Shown here: positions 8,689 to 18,029 of the stretch, piece after piece
How positions within the stretch are numbered: position 1 is the first letter of the stretch
Layout: each line of letters starts with the position of its first letter
IMG/VR virus record: IMGVR_UViG_3300030329_004481
DNA from: a virus
DNA: 64,000 nt
Direction: 5' to 3' (one strand)
The notes under the pieces: generated by a model
Told to the model about the DNA's origin: nothing
What the model saw: the letters and a program-made list of their open reading frames with translations, nothing else
The model's database searches: none
Position numbers and translations under genes: made by a program

Positions 8689-10459
8689 GCTTTTTTTCCA
8701 TACTTCCATCTGAAGAATATAATTTAAAATACTTTTTTTTAGTTTCAAAAATGTCAATATGATCTATTGTAAAATTTTTATATACTAATCGTATTTCATT
8801 TGCTGCTATATCTAAATTATCATATATATCAACAGCTTCTCTTAATCTCATATGACTTTTAATTATATATTGAACACTTAATAAATCAGTAAGCCACACT
8901 TTATCTGAATTAGTAGTAAGATTTTTTCTAAAAGCATACTGGTGGTCTAATAAAAATGATTTAAATAATGGCATATTATCTATATTGTCAAAAAAATCAT
9001 ATGCTTGTTCTCTAATATGTTTTTTACTATTCAACATATATTTTCTAGCAAAACCAGTATTAAATAATGTACCAAACCACCACCAATACATATACATTTG
9101 TTCCAAATCTTCAGTAGAATAACTATAGCATCTATTAAACATAGTAATACTTCGCCATTCTAATTTATTATTTTTATTATTTTTAGTTTTATAATTTTTT
9201 GCATTAAGTCTATTTTTATGATAATCTGTCAATTTTAAATCTAATAAATCTTTTGGTGCATAAATCTTAATCAAATTAGCATTATATTTTTTCCTAAATT
9301 CTTGACTATAATATGTTGTGTTTGGCATAACAGTAAGAGGATAAGCTCTATTGAAATAACATCCATTGTCTATATCTTTTTGTAAAACATCTAACCAAGT
9401 TTCTGATGTTTCACCAGGCATTCCTATTATTAATTCACTATTAATTTCATAACCTTGTTTTTTTACTTCATTATAAATTTCAATCATTTTTTCATTTCTA
9501 ATATTACTTCTTTCAGCAACTTTTAATGCTTCCTCTGTATGGGTTTGGATACTCAATTTCATAGTATTATTATTTTCTTCAAATTCTTTTTGAATTGTAG
9601 ACATAATTTCTGGTAAGAACCTACTACCATTTTTAGCTAAACCACAAAAGGTCACTTTCATGTCTTTATTGTATTCATATTTCTTTACAACAAGTTCTCT
9701 AATATATTCAAGATCTTCTTTAAATATTCCATAATTAGCATCAATAAATTCAATTCTACTAATATTTCCTTTAAAGGCATATTCTATAACTTTTTTAATT
9801 TCATCTTTATCAAATTTTGTTATCTTACTTCTAATAACACTTCCCCAATCACAAAAAGCACAAGAATAAGGACATCCCCTATTAGTTTCCATAGGAATAA
9901 CCACATTATCTCCATCCATTTCAAAAAGATGAGTTAATGTCCCATCAGTATATGGTGTTGGAGTCCATTCAACCTTATAAAGTTTTCTATCGACATTTAC
10001 ATTATTCCAACCAATTCCAACTGTACCTTCATGAGTATTAAAAGGTTTGTCAATATTCAACAAAAATTGTTTAAAGTTTTCTTCAGCTGGGCCGACAAAA
10101 TGTAAATCAGAATACGGCCTTTCAATACAAAATTCTTGTGAATCTTTATTATTTTCTGGAATCTGAGGTCCACCATAAACAACAATTCCATTTGGATTTA
10201 TTTCTTTAAATCTTTTAGCTATTCTATCATTAATTTCTTGATTCCATATATAACAAGTCAAACCCAAAATGTCAGTCTTTTCTAATTTTTCTTGAAATTT
10301 TTTACTACTTTCATTTCTTTGTAAAAATTCTGGTTCAAGAAAATTAAATTTTTTTAATATTTTTTTATCTTGCTTGCAATAAGATATCAAACACCCAGCT
10401 GGATATGGAAGCCAATCTTGAAACTGTATACTAAAAGTGCATATTAGTATATTTTTCAT
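8642..10459 (-). CDS. Cobalamin-binding radical SAM protein
   Basis: WLPYPAGCL, ILGLTCYIWN, VVYGGPQ; ETNRGCPYSCAFCDWG; ELIIGMPGET. Confidence 0.88.
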   Translation of the reverse strand: MKNILICTFSIQFQDWLPYPAGCLISYCKQDKKILKKFNFLEPEFLQRNESSKKFQEKLEKTDILGLTCYIWNQEINDRIAKRFKEINPNGIVVYGGPQIPENNKDSQEFCIERPYSDLHFVGPAEENFKQFLLNIDKPFNTHEGTVGIGWNNVNVDRKLYKVEWTPTPYTDGTLTHLFEMDGDNVVIPMETNRGCPYSCAFCDWGSVIRSKITKFDKDEIKKVIEYAFKGNISRIEFIDANYGIFKEDLEYIRELVVKKYEYNKDMKVTFCGLAKNGSRFLPEIMSTIQKEFEENNNTMKLSIQTHTEEALKVAERSNIRNEKMIEIYNEVKKQGYEINSELIIGMPGETSETWLDVLQKDIDNGCYFNRAYPLTVMPNTTYYSQEFRKKYNANLIKIYAPKDLLDLKLTDYHKNRLNAKNYKTKNNKNNKLEWRSITMFNRCYSYSTEDLEQMYMYWWWFGTLFNTGFARKYMLNSKKHIREQAYDFFDNIDNMPLFKSFLLDHQYAFRKNLTTNSDKVWLTDLLSVQYIIKSHMRLREAVDIYDNLDIAANEIRLVYKNFTIDHIDIFETKKKYFKLYSSDGSMEKKHANNPISESPISIPA

Positions 10460-10878
10460 GATGTTACTGTTATTTCTTTTATTTTATAAGGTTGTTGTAA
10501 GATCCAATCAATTATGCTAACCGCATAATCAACTGGCATTTTAGATACATTTTTATTTTTTTGACTTTCAGTATCTATATAACCAAAATTTACACAAGTT
10601 GTATGTATACCTTCAGTAAACAAATGGTGGTTTGCTTCTCTAAGAGATTTTTTTTCTATTGCGTATCTATAACGAAATGTATAATCACTAGCGTGTGATC
10701 CTATATTAATTATACGTTTATTTAACTCTGCGGCTTGGTATAATAATTCTACTTGTTCAAAACCATTGTGTTTACAATTAATAAAAATATCACAAGATTT
10801 TAAATTTTCACAATTTCCATACTTTTCAACAAGAGATTTTCCCAAACCCCTTCTTGTTCCTGTAATAAAATATTTCAT
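10456..10878 (-). CDS. Minimal short-chain dehydrogenase/reductase (SDR)
   Basis: ITGTRRGLG (TGxxxGxG), IFINC, IINIGS, YAIEK (YxxxK), NFGYIDT. Start moved to ATG 10878 (MKYFITG); 140 aa. Confidence 0.8.
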   Translation of the reverse strand: MKYFITGTRRGLGKSLVEKYGNCENLKSCDIFINCKHNGFEQVELLYQAAELNKRIINIGSHASDYTFRYRYAIEKKSLREANHHLFTEGIHTTCVNFGYIDTESQKNKNVSKMPVDYAVSIIDWILQQPYKIKEITVTS

Positions 10879-11906
10879 AAAAAGGTTTTGTCTCCCGGCC
10901 ATAATGGTAATTTGACTCCAGGTTTACGTTTGGGTATTTTACTATCAGCAGAACTTACACAAGCATCTGACAAACAAGGTTGCGGACTATCAAATAATTT
11001 AAATCCTGTTTCTATATTACCTAAAGGTAAATCTCTGCAAGAATAAGACCGCTTAATGCTCCCATCAGGCTCGCGGATAATGATACTGCGATGGCCAGAC
11101 GAACAATCCCACCCCCTGAAATTATTAAAATTAAACGCATTGAATCTTTCTGCTTGATCCATTTCATAAGTTTCACCTTTTGAGTCTATTAATTCTATTT
11201 CCATAGTTGGAGTTTTTGATTCATTATATAATATGTCTAATTGACTATCTGTGTATCCTTCTACTACTTTTGTGGCAGTTGGATTAGATTGTGGTTTCAA
11301 TGTTGTATGTATCCCCCTCTCTTTGAAATACAAAACATGATCACATAATTTAAAAAATCTTTCCGGAACCATAACCATATTTATTGTAATGCGAATACCA
11401 TTGTCTTGACAGAAAACTAATTTGTCAGCAAATTCTTCTATTTTCTTTTCTGTATTTAAATGTTCAAAATGTGCAGACGCAGTAATAGAAGCTCTGTCAA
11501 ATTGTTTTGCGTATTTTACATATGTCTCAAACCAACTCATTTTACGTGAGCAGTTTGATGTCATGTGAATTCTTTGTCTCTTACAATTAATATTATCATC
11601 AGCTAAATGTTGCAAAATATTTAAATATCCAGGATGAAAAGTGGGTTCTCCACCAGACAAAGACCAATTAAAACTATTAAACCCATTGTTTCTTGCTTGA
11701 CGTTTTATTTCATCTATGGTAGATAAACATAGTTCCGTAGGTCTATGATCTTTTTTATCTGACCTAGCATAAGGCCAACAGTATGTACATTTGTAATTAC
11801 AGAACCTGCCAAGTAACCATGACACAGTGAATGTATCATGATAAAGCATAGTTTTTGTTCCTACAAGTTCTATATCATTAAAAGGTATTTTTGTAAAGTC
11901 TAACAT
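10875..11906 (-). CDS. Radical SAM protein with C-terminal Twitch/SPASM-like Cys domain
   Basis: CNYKCTYC, LSGGEPT; C-terminal CSSG..IREPDG..SC..CLSDAC. Confidence 0.85.
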   Translation of the reverse strand: MLDFTKIPFNDIELVGTKTMLYHDTFTVSWLLGRFCNYKCTYCWPYARSDKKDHRPTELCLSTIDEIKRQARNNGFNSFNWSLSGGEPTFHPGYLNILQHLADDNINCKRQRIHMTSNCSRKMSWFETYVKYAKQFDRASITASAHFEHLNTEKKIEEFADKLVFCQDNGIRITINMVMVPERFFKLCDHVLYFKERGIHTTLKPQSNPTATKVVEGYTDSQLDILYNESKTPTMEIELIDSKGETYEMDQAERFNAFNFNNFRGWDCSSGHRSIIIREPDGSIKRSYSCRDLPLGNIETGFKLFDSPQPCLSDACVSSADSKIPKRKPGVKLPLWPGDKTFL

Positions 11907-13717
11907 ATTCTTTTTATTTTTAATAAATTTTTATGTGAATATTTTTCAATATCTATAACATTTGCAAATTTATTAAAAAAATTAACATAATAAGTTGGAT
12001 CACCTGAAAACCAATTCCTTTCACCTTCTGCAATACAGAATATAAATGTGCCATTTATTTTTAATAAATTTTTAAAAATTCTTTTTACTGTTTCTTCTAT
12101 ATAAAAAAAATCTTTAACTTCTTCATTTAAACCATTGAATAAATTTAATCCAACCGCATACATACTATCAAATTTTTCCAAAGGAGAATATGTATAAAGA
12201 TTTTCAACTAAAAAATTAGCTCCTTTAGAATTATTTCTAGCATACTCAATTGCTTTATCTGATAAATCTATTCCTGTCACATCTTTATATTTGTAATTAT
12301 CATATAAAAAATTAGTATGAATTCCCATGCCACAACCAAAATCTAAAAGTTTATCAGAACAATTCCATCCAGAAAATTTTTCAATTTTTGGAATATAATC
12401 TTTTGAATATTGTTTTAAACCTTCTATTTTGTTTTCTTTTGATAAATTTAAATCTGAACTTGGTCCCATATCACTTTTAAAAAACATTTCTTCATTTGCA
12501 TAATACTTGGTTTGATGAACATTGTATAAAGTAGATGGACAAACATGAGACAAATATCGATATTCTTTTCGATTTATCAACCAAGGACAAGCCGTTACCA
12601 AGTCTTCAGCATTAGGTTTAACAAAATCCGCTAATTTAGTAAAAGATAAAAAATCATAATAACTATCTTTATCTTGTTCCGCTTGTTTAAAACCTTCAGC
12701 TAATTTTAAAATTCCACTTTTTGTTGACCTTTTGTTTACAGGAATATTTTTTATTATTAAATCATGTGCTTTTTCTAAATGCTCTTTTGGTAAAACAGAA
12801 TAAGATAAGTATTTTGGAAAAGCAACTATATTTTTAAAATAACTATCTATACCTTGTTCTTCAAAATATTTAAATATTTTAACTGGTTCAAAAATATTAT
12901 AAGCCATCCATAAAGTAGTTATACTTAAATATATATTAAATACTTTTTTAAATTTTTTTATATTATCTAATACGTGTTCAATTGTAAAATTTTGTCCACC
13001 TCTAATATATTGATATAATACATGATCTAATGCTTCTAAACTAATTGATAAATTAACTTTTTTAAAACATTGAAATAAATTAATAAATTTTTCATTATAT
13101 ATTGTTCCATTTGTATGAATATCTAATATAACATTTTGTGTGTTTATATTTTTAATAATATAATTTAACAATTCAATATTTGCTGGTTCAGCAAAAGGTT
13201 CTCCACCTTTTATCGCAATAAATTCTATATTTGGGCATTTATTAATAATATCTTTTACTGTTTCTAAGTTATTAGCATTTTTTTTAAAAACATTTCCCTT
13301 ATCTTCATATTGTCTTGGAAACCCTCTATAATCTTTCCAGTTAAATTTTTCAAATATTTTTTCAGTTGGTATCCATGAAGTGCTGTAACTTCCACTACAC
13401 ATTTTACATTTTAAATTACAAATATTACTCATATCAATCTCCAACATACGAATATCCATTACATCATGAAATTCAATATGTTCAAAGGATTGATTGAGAA
13501 ATTTTCTACGACTCCATCCTACTTTATCTTCTTTTGTTTTACAACTTATACAATTATTATGAAATTTTCCATCTAATAAAGATTTCCTCAGAGATTCTGT
13601 CTGTTTCCAATATTCATCTAAATTTTTTGTAGGATTTGAATTCTTATACACAGGATCAGGTAATAAAGAACCATCCATATGAACAACTAAACTATTCCAA
13701 GGAGCTTTACAAAACAT
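11900..13717 (-). CDS. N-terminal Twitch radical SAM protein fused to a C-terminal class I SAM-dependent methyltransferase
   Basis: FCKAPW..CISC; CNLKCKMC; KGGEPF; HTNGT; then LLDFGCGMG, VTGIDLS, LLKINGTF. Confidence 0.82.
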   Translation of the reverse strand: MFCKAPWNSLVVHMDGSLLPDPVYKNSNPTKNLDEYWKQTESLRKSLLDGKFHNNCISCKTKEDKVGWSRRKFLNQSFEHIEFHDVMDIRMLEIDMSNICNLKCKMCSGSYSTSWIPTEKIFEKFNWKDYRGFPRQYEDKGNVFKKNANNLETVKDIINKCPNIEFIAIKGGEPFAEPANIELLNYIIKNINTQNVILDIHTNGTIYNEKFINLFQCFKKVNLSISLEALDHVLYQYIRGGQNFTIEHVLDNIKKFKKVFNIYLSITTLWMAYNIFEPVKIFKYFEEQGIDSYFKNIVAFPKYLSYSVLPKEHLEKAHDLIIKNIPVNKRSTKSGILKLAEGFKQAEQDKDSYYDFLSFTKLADFVKPNAEDLVTACPWLINRKEYRYLSHVCPSTLYNVHQTKYYANEEMFFKSDMGPSSDLNLSKENKIEGLKQYSKDYIPKIEKFSGWNCSDKLLDFGCGMGIHTNFLYDNYKYKDVTGIDLSDKAIEYARNNSKGANFLVENLYTYSPLEKFDSMYAVGLNLFNGLNEEVKDFFYIEETVKRIFKNLLKINGTFIFCIAEGERNWFSGDPTYYVNFFNKFANVIDIEKYSHKNLLKIKRIC

Positions 13718-14915
13718 TTTTTAATTCTATAAATTTGTCTAAATTGAAAGAAGAATCTATAGCTAAATTAAACTCATTAAAATCTACCATTGATGCTTTT
13801 TTATGATAAGATCCTTGACTCTCTCCATAATCTAAACTCAAATATTGTATTAGTGTTTTTCTTAATCTAGGATATCTTGTTTTGATATCATTTTTTTTAT
13901 ATTTTTTAATAAGATTATCTTTATACCTTTTTGGTAAAACATAAATTGTTAAAGGTTCTGGTGTAAGTACTCTATTTGATCCAATCCACGGCCATTCTTC
14001 ACAATCAGATTTAATATGACTAAATTGCTGAACATAATCAATATATTCCTCAAAAAAATGAATGTTCAACGCTTGCCAACATGGAGCAAAATGAATATCC
14101 CAATTTTTATTTTCTGTTATGAAAGAAAACCAAAGTCTGATAACATTATCAATTTTTTCCCAAGATACTCCTGGTCTTATGTATTCATTTAATTCACCAA
14201 TACCATCTATACTAAGTTTTATTACACCACCATTTGCTAACTTTAATTTTTCTATTATTTGATCATCTGGAAATATTGTTCCATTAGTATTATATTCAAA
14301 AAATATATTTTGAATCATATTTTTAGGCATTAATTGAATAAAAGAATTATGTTCTTTACTTATAAATGGTTCTCCTCCCATAATTTTTATATATTCCAAA
14401 TTAGTAAACATGGAAGGATCTTCAATTTCCATTTTCCATAAACCTTTATCTCCTGTATCTAAGGACCATTTTTTATTATATAAAGATGAAAATTTTCCCC
14501 AAACACTATTCCATTTTGTACTATAACTTGGACCACACATTCTGCAAGTTAAATTGCATTCATTTGAAAAAGATATATCAAGAGCTTTAATTTCAGATAA
14601 ACTTTGATTTATATTATAATTTTTTAATTCAAATTTATCATTCATAAAAATTCTATAACTATTAACACCCATCTTTTCTTTGTTTAAACAACGTTCACAT
14701 CCAGCTGGAATTTTCCCTTCTATCATTTCTTTTCTAATTTCTTTAAAATAATCAGAATTAAAACTATCAATTATAGAAGAATCTTCAACTCTAGGAACTT
14801 TTACATTATTTGATCTATTTTGTATTTTATTTTCAAATTCACAACATGGACCAAATACATGATTTTGAAACTGCTTTACATGAATAAATGGCATAACACA
14901 ATAAGGTTTAGTCAT
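13707..14915 (-). CDS. N-terminal Twitch domain radical SAM protein
   Basis: YCVMPF..PCC..CERC; CNLTCRMC; MGGEPF; NTNGT; LSIDG..EYIR. Confidence 0.87.
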   Translation of the reverse strand: MTKPYCVMPFIHVKQFQNHVFGPCCEFENKIQNRSNNVKVPRVEDSSIIDSFNSDYFKEIRKEMIEGKIPAGCERCLNKEKMGVNSYRIFMNDKFELKNYNINQSLSEIKALDISFSNECNLTCRMCGPSYSTKWNSVWGKFSSLYNKKWSLDTGDKGLWKMEIEDPSMFTNLEYIKIMGGEPFISKEHNSFIQLMPKNMIQNIFFEYNTNGTIFPDDQIIEKLKLANGGVIKLSIDGIGELNEYIRPGVSWEKIDNVIRLWFSFITENKNWDIHFAPCWQALNIHFFEEYIDYVQQFSHIKSDCEEWPWIGSNRVLTPEPLTIYVLPKRYKDNLIKKYKKNDIKTRYPRLRKTLIQYLSLDYGESQGSYHKKASMVDFNEFNLAIDSSFNLDKFIELKNVL

Positions 14916-15625
14916 ACTAAACTCCTATAACTATTGATAACCACTTTTTTAAAGATATTTATTTTTTTCTTAGACCATCCATGAATGATCATATGTATTC
15001 TATTTTCATTACTTTTGTTCCAAACTGCATGAGGAATTGAAATATTCATCATTCTTATTTGTCCTTCTTTCCAAGGAACAATACCATAATCTTCCATCCC
15101 CATAATACACCCTTCAGGATTATTTAATGATATATTAAAAGTTTGTAATCTATTTTCATCATCATCTTTATGTGGAAGAATATATCCATTAGGTTCTAAT
15201 AACATAAATCTAATTCTTAAAAAATCATCTAAGAATATTTTATTTTTTAAAAAATTTGTTGTTACAGGACATTGATCGCATATTTCTGTCCAATGATATT
15301 CTGGTAGATTATTTTCATATTGATCATCACCCAATGTATAATGTTTTCCTCTACCATGAATTGTTAAACTTTTCCATCCCTTATGTTTTTCATTATAAGA
15401 ATCTCTATGATAAACAAATTCATGCAATAAAGAATTTGCTTCATCATACATTTTTTTGTATGGTATATCAAAATGAAGATGTAATGTAGCAAGATTTGAT
15501 TTATGAATTATCCATGAAAATTTATCACTTGATTCTAAATTTCTATAATGATTTTCAAGATTCCTATACGCAAAGAAGTTTGAGAGAATTTTTTGAGTGT
15601 TCATAATAATCCTTTCTCCATTCAA
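14912..15625 (-). CDS. Asp/Asn beta-hydroxylase-like Fe(II)/2OG oxygenase
   Basis: GWKSLTIHG; RIRFMLLEPNGYILPHKD; NISIPHAVWNKSNENRIHMIIHG. Confidence 0.85.
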   Translation of the reverse strand: MNGERIIMNTQKILSNFFAYRNLENHYRNLESSDKFSWIIHKSNLATLHLHFDIPYKKMYDEANSLLHEFVYHRDSYNEKHKGWKSLTIHGRGKHYTLGDDQYENNLPEYHWTEICDQCPVTTNFLKNKIFLDDFLRIRFMLLEPNGYILPHKDDDENRLQTFNISLNNPEGCIMGMEDYGIVPWKEGQIRMMNISIPHAVWNKSNENRIHMIIHGWSKKKINIFKKVVINSYRSLV

Positions 15626-16907
15626 AATTAAAATCTTTATCTAAATTGGTATCAATATCATTCATAGAAATTAAATACGAACCAGTTCCATATTTTCGAC
15701 TTAAAGAAAGTTCTCCATAAAAATAACTATTATTTTTTTTGAATTGCTGTTGATCAAATACAATTTTTTTAAGTAAAACATTATAATCAATTTGACTATA
15801 AAAATATGATGTATCAACATAATGAAAAATATTACTAAAATAAATTAAAATATTTTTAGTTGTTTGTGTATATTTTTTTAAAAGATTATAATTTGTCAAA
15901 CTACTAAGGGAATAATTAACATGACTTAACTTTCTTATTTTATTTTTTAAATTATCCCATTTCATAGTTTTATTAAAAAAATCTAATGCATATTCATTCA
16001 TAATATCTTCATCATTTTCTATTAATTCTATACTATTATTTAAAGATTTAAATATATTACAAAAATCTGAATACTTTTGTTTTTCAGGATTAAAATCACT
16101 AATTAATAATTTTGTAAATTCAATAGCACGTTGTTGAATATCAACAAATCGCACGGTTTTTAAATTTTTACATTTATCTATAATAGCCAATGCTTGCAAT
16201 CCATTTGCAGGAGTAATTAAATGTTCAACGTGTGAAAGATCAAAAGAAAATAATGGTTCTGTCGCAACATTATATATCATTTGTGTTTCAGACAAAAAAT
16301 GAACCAAGTTCCAAAATGGTACAATATCAGAATTCAATATTATTGGTTCTCTAATAGATTTTTTCCTTGAAATACTGCTCTCAAAATTATTCCATGGTCT
16401 TTTTTTAGAATTATTACTTTTTAAATTATAAATAAAAAATTTTGATTTTTTGTCTCCAATTATCCTATAATTTAATTCATTTTGTTCTTGTTCTGAAAAC
16501 CTCCTTAAAAAATTTTGAATATCTAATAAACATCCTAAAGGAATAAAAACAACAAAATCAACTTCTTTTAAATTTAATGAATATTTTTCATCATTATATC
16601 CTTGTAAATAACCATGTGATTCATCAGAAAAATTTGAAGAAAGATTATCATATTCATTATTAAAAAAATTTAAACTATTCCACGCATCTTCAAAATTTAA
16701 AAAATATCTATAATCTAAATTTTCAAAAGTTAAATAATCAAAAATATTATATGAAAAATTTTTATAATAAGTGTTTTGTTTATCATTGTCTATTAAATAT
16801 ATTAAAAACTTTATATTTGACTTAATGCCATGTGTGTTTTTAAACAATGTCCTATGATGATTTTCCCAAAGCTTTCTTTCTTTTATGGGTATATTCCAAC
16901 TATTCAT
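15564..16907 (-). CDS. Hypothetical protein, possible degenerate Rossmann/methyltransferase-like C-terminal domain
   Basis: 447 aa, extremely AT-rich; LITPANGL..VRFVDI..IYFSNIF follows the order of MTase motifs I/II/IV (weak). Confidence 0.35.
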   Translation of the reverse strand: MNSWNIPIKERKLWENHHRTLFKNTHGIKSNIKFLIYLIDNDKQNTYYKNFSYNIFDYLTFENLDYRYFLNFEDAWNSLNFFNNEYDNLSSNFSDESHGYLQGYNDEKYSLNLKEVDFVVFIPLGCLLDIQNFLRRFSEQEQNELNYRIIGDKKSKFFIYNLKSNNSKKRPWNNFESSISRKKSIREPIILNSDIVPFWNLVHFLSETQMIYNVATEPLFSFDLSHVEHLITPANGLQALAIIDKCKNLKTVRFVDIQQRAIEFTKLLISDFNPEKQKYSDFCNIFKSLNNSIELIENDEDIMNEYALDFFNKTMKWDNLKNKIRKLSHVNYSLSSLTNYNLLKKYTQTTKNILIYFSNIFHYVDTSYFYSQIDYNVLLKKIVFDQQQFKKNNSYFYGELSLSRKYGTGSYLISMNDIDTNLDKDFNFEWRKDYYEHSKNSLKLLCV

Positions 16908-16913
16908 ATAATC

Positions 16914-18029
16914 TTAATTTCTATGATATATTGGTTTAGAAATATTAATCATTAATCCTGCTTTAGATTTTACCTTATCTAAATTGCTACTTATGTGTAT
17001 TTGATTTGAATCTTGACAAATAATATCACCACCTCTCCATCTAAAGGTTTCATCTTCTCTAAATCCAAACAAAGTTCCTAATGTAATATGTCTCCATCTT
17101 TGCTTATTAATATCTTCACAAAAATGAAATTTATTTAAACTGTCTTCAAGATTATCATTGTCTAAATCATAAAAAAACTCCTTTGGCCGTGATGCTAATT
17201 TTTTATATCTGCCAGTTATAATATTACCATAAATTGAAACATTGGTTTCTTTAATTGAAGAAAATTTCGATATCACTTTATCATTTTCTAAACAAGACTT
17301 ACATAATTTATAATTTATATTTCCTTGAGCATTTACTAATTTAGTTTTTTTATTTTTACAATAAACACAAAATCCTTCAGAATCTTCTGTTAATATATCT
17401 TCTTGTTTTTCTTTTAGTAATTCAAACATAACATCTCCCATGGTTTGACCAAAACCATATACCCGCTCTTTCATTGTAGTATAATATAAATTATAGGGTG
17501 GTTGCTTTAAACCCATTGAAAATAAAGGAATAATTAATGATTTATAAGGAATTATGTATTTTATTTTTGGATTATTTTTTAACTTTTTCATATAATCTTG
17601 ATGATAATAATAGTCATGATGTAAATCATACCCTCTTATTGTCCAATAAAAATTTCCGCTTACAAAATCATTTTCAGAATCATAAAAAGGAATTACGTCT
17701 TTTAAATTGTTCCAAAAATGAGAAACAAAGTTTTTATAGTCATGAGTAAGAAAAAATACTATATCCTTTTCACTAAAATGTGCATTTCCTCCATGCTTAT
17801 TGGGTCTTCTTGAATGATAATTTTTTAACAACCAATCAATCATATTATCTACAGTATCTTCAGATAATATATTTTCATATATTTTGGGGGGAGAATTATG
17901 CAAACAAAAAATATCGAAAGGTGCAAGAAATTTTCTATCTGCATACATTTCTTTTGTGCTTACATCATCTGAAACAAAATAACCACGATTTTTTTCTTTT
18001 TTTGAATATGGAGAATTTTCAATAATCAT
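16914..18029 (-). CDS. Divergent Fe(II)/2OG-type oxygenase with CxxC-CxxC insert
   Basis: YDLHHD..SLIIPL..WRGGDIICQDSNQIHISSN..K; insert CVYC..CKSC. Start moved to ATG 18029 (preceded by GGAAAGG). Confidence 0.55.
   Translation of the reverse strand: MIIENSPYSKKEKNRGYFVSDDVSTKEMYADRKFLAPFDIFCLHNSPPKIYENILSEDTVDNMIDWLLKNYHSRRPNKHGGNAHFSEKDIVFFLTHDYKNFVSHFWNNLKDVIPFYDSENDFVSGNFYWTIRGYDLHHDYYYHQDYMKKLKNNPKIKYIIPYKSLIIPLFSMGLKQPPYNLYYTTMKERVYGFGQTMGDVMFELLKEKQEDILTEDSEGFCVYCKNKKTKLVNAQGNINYKLCKSCLENDKVISKFSSIKETNVSIYGNIITGRYKKLASRPKEFFYDLDNDNLEDSLNKFHFCEDINKQRWRHITLGTLFGFREDETFRWRGGDIICQDSNQIHISSNLDKVKSKAGLMINISKPIYHRN

Noticed and set aside
16428-16435. Intragenic TATAAATA/NATAAATA matches (for example 16428 on plus, 32727 and 35406 on minus)
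   Set aside because: Such matches are expected by chance at this AT content; only boxes in or at intergenic gaps directly upstream of genes were kept.
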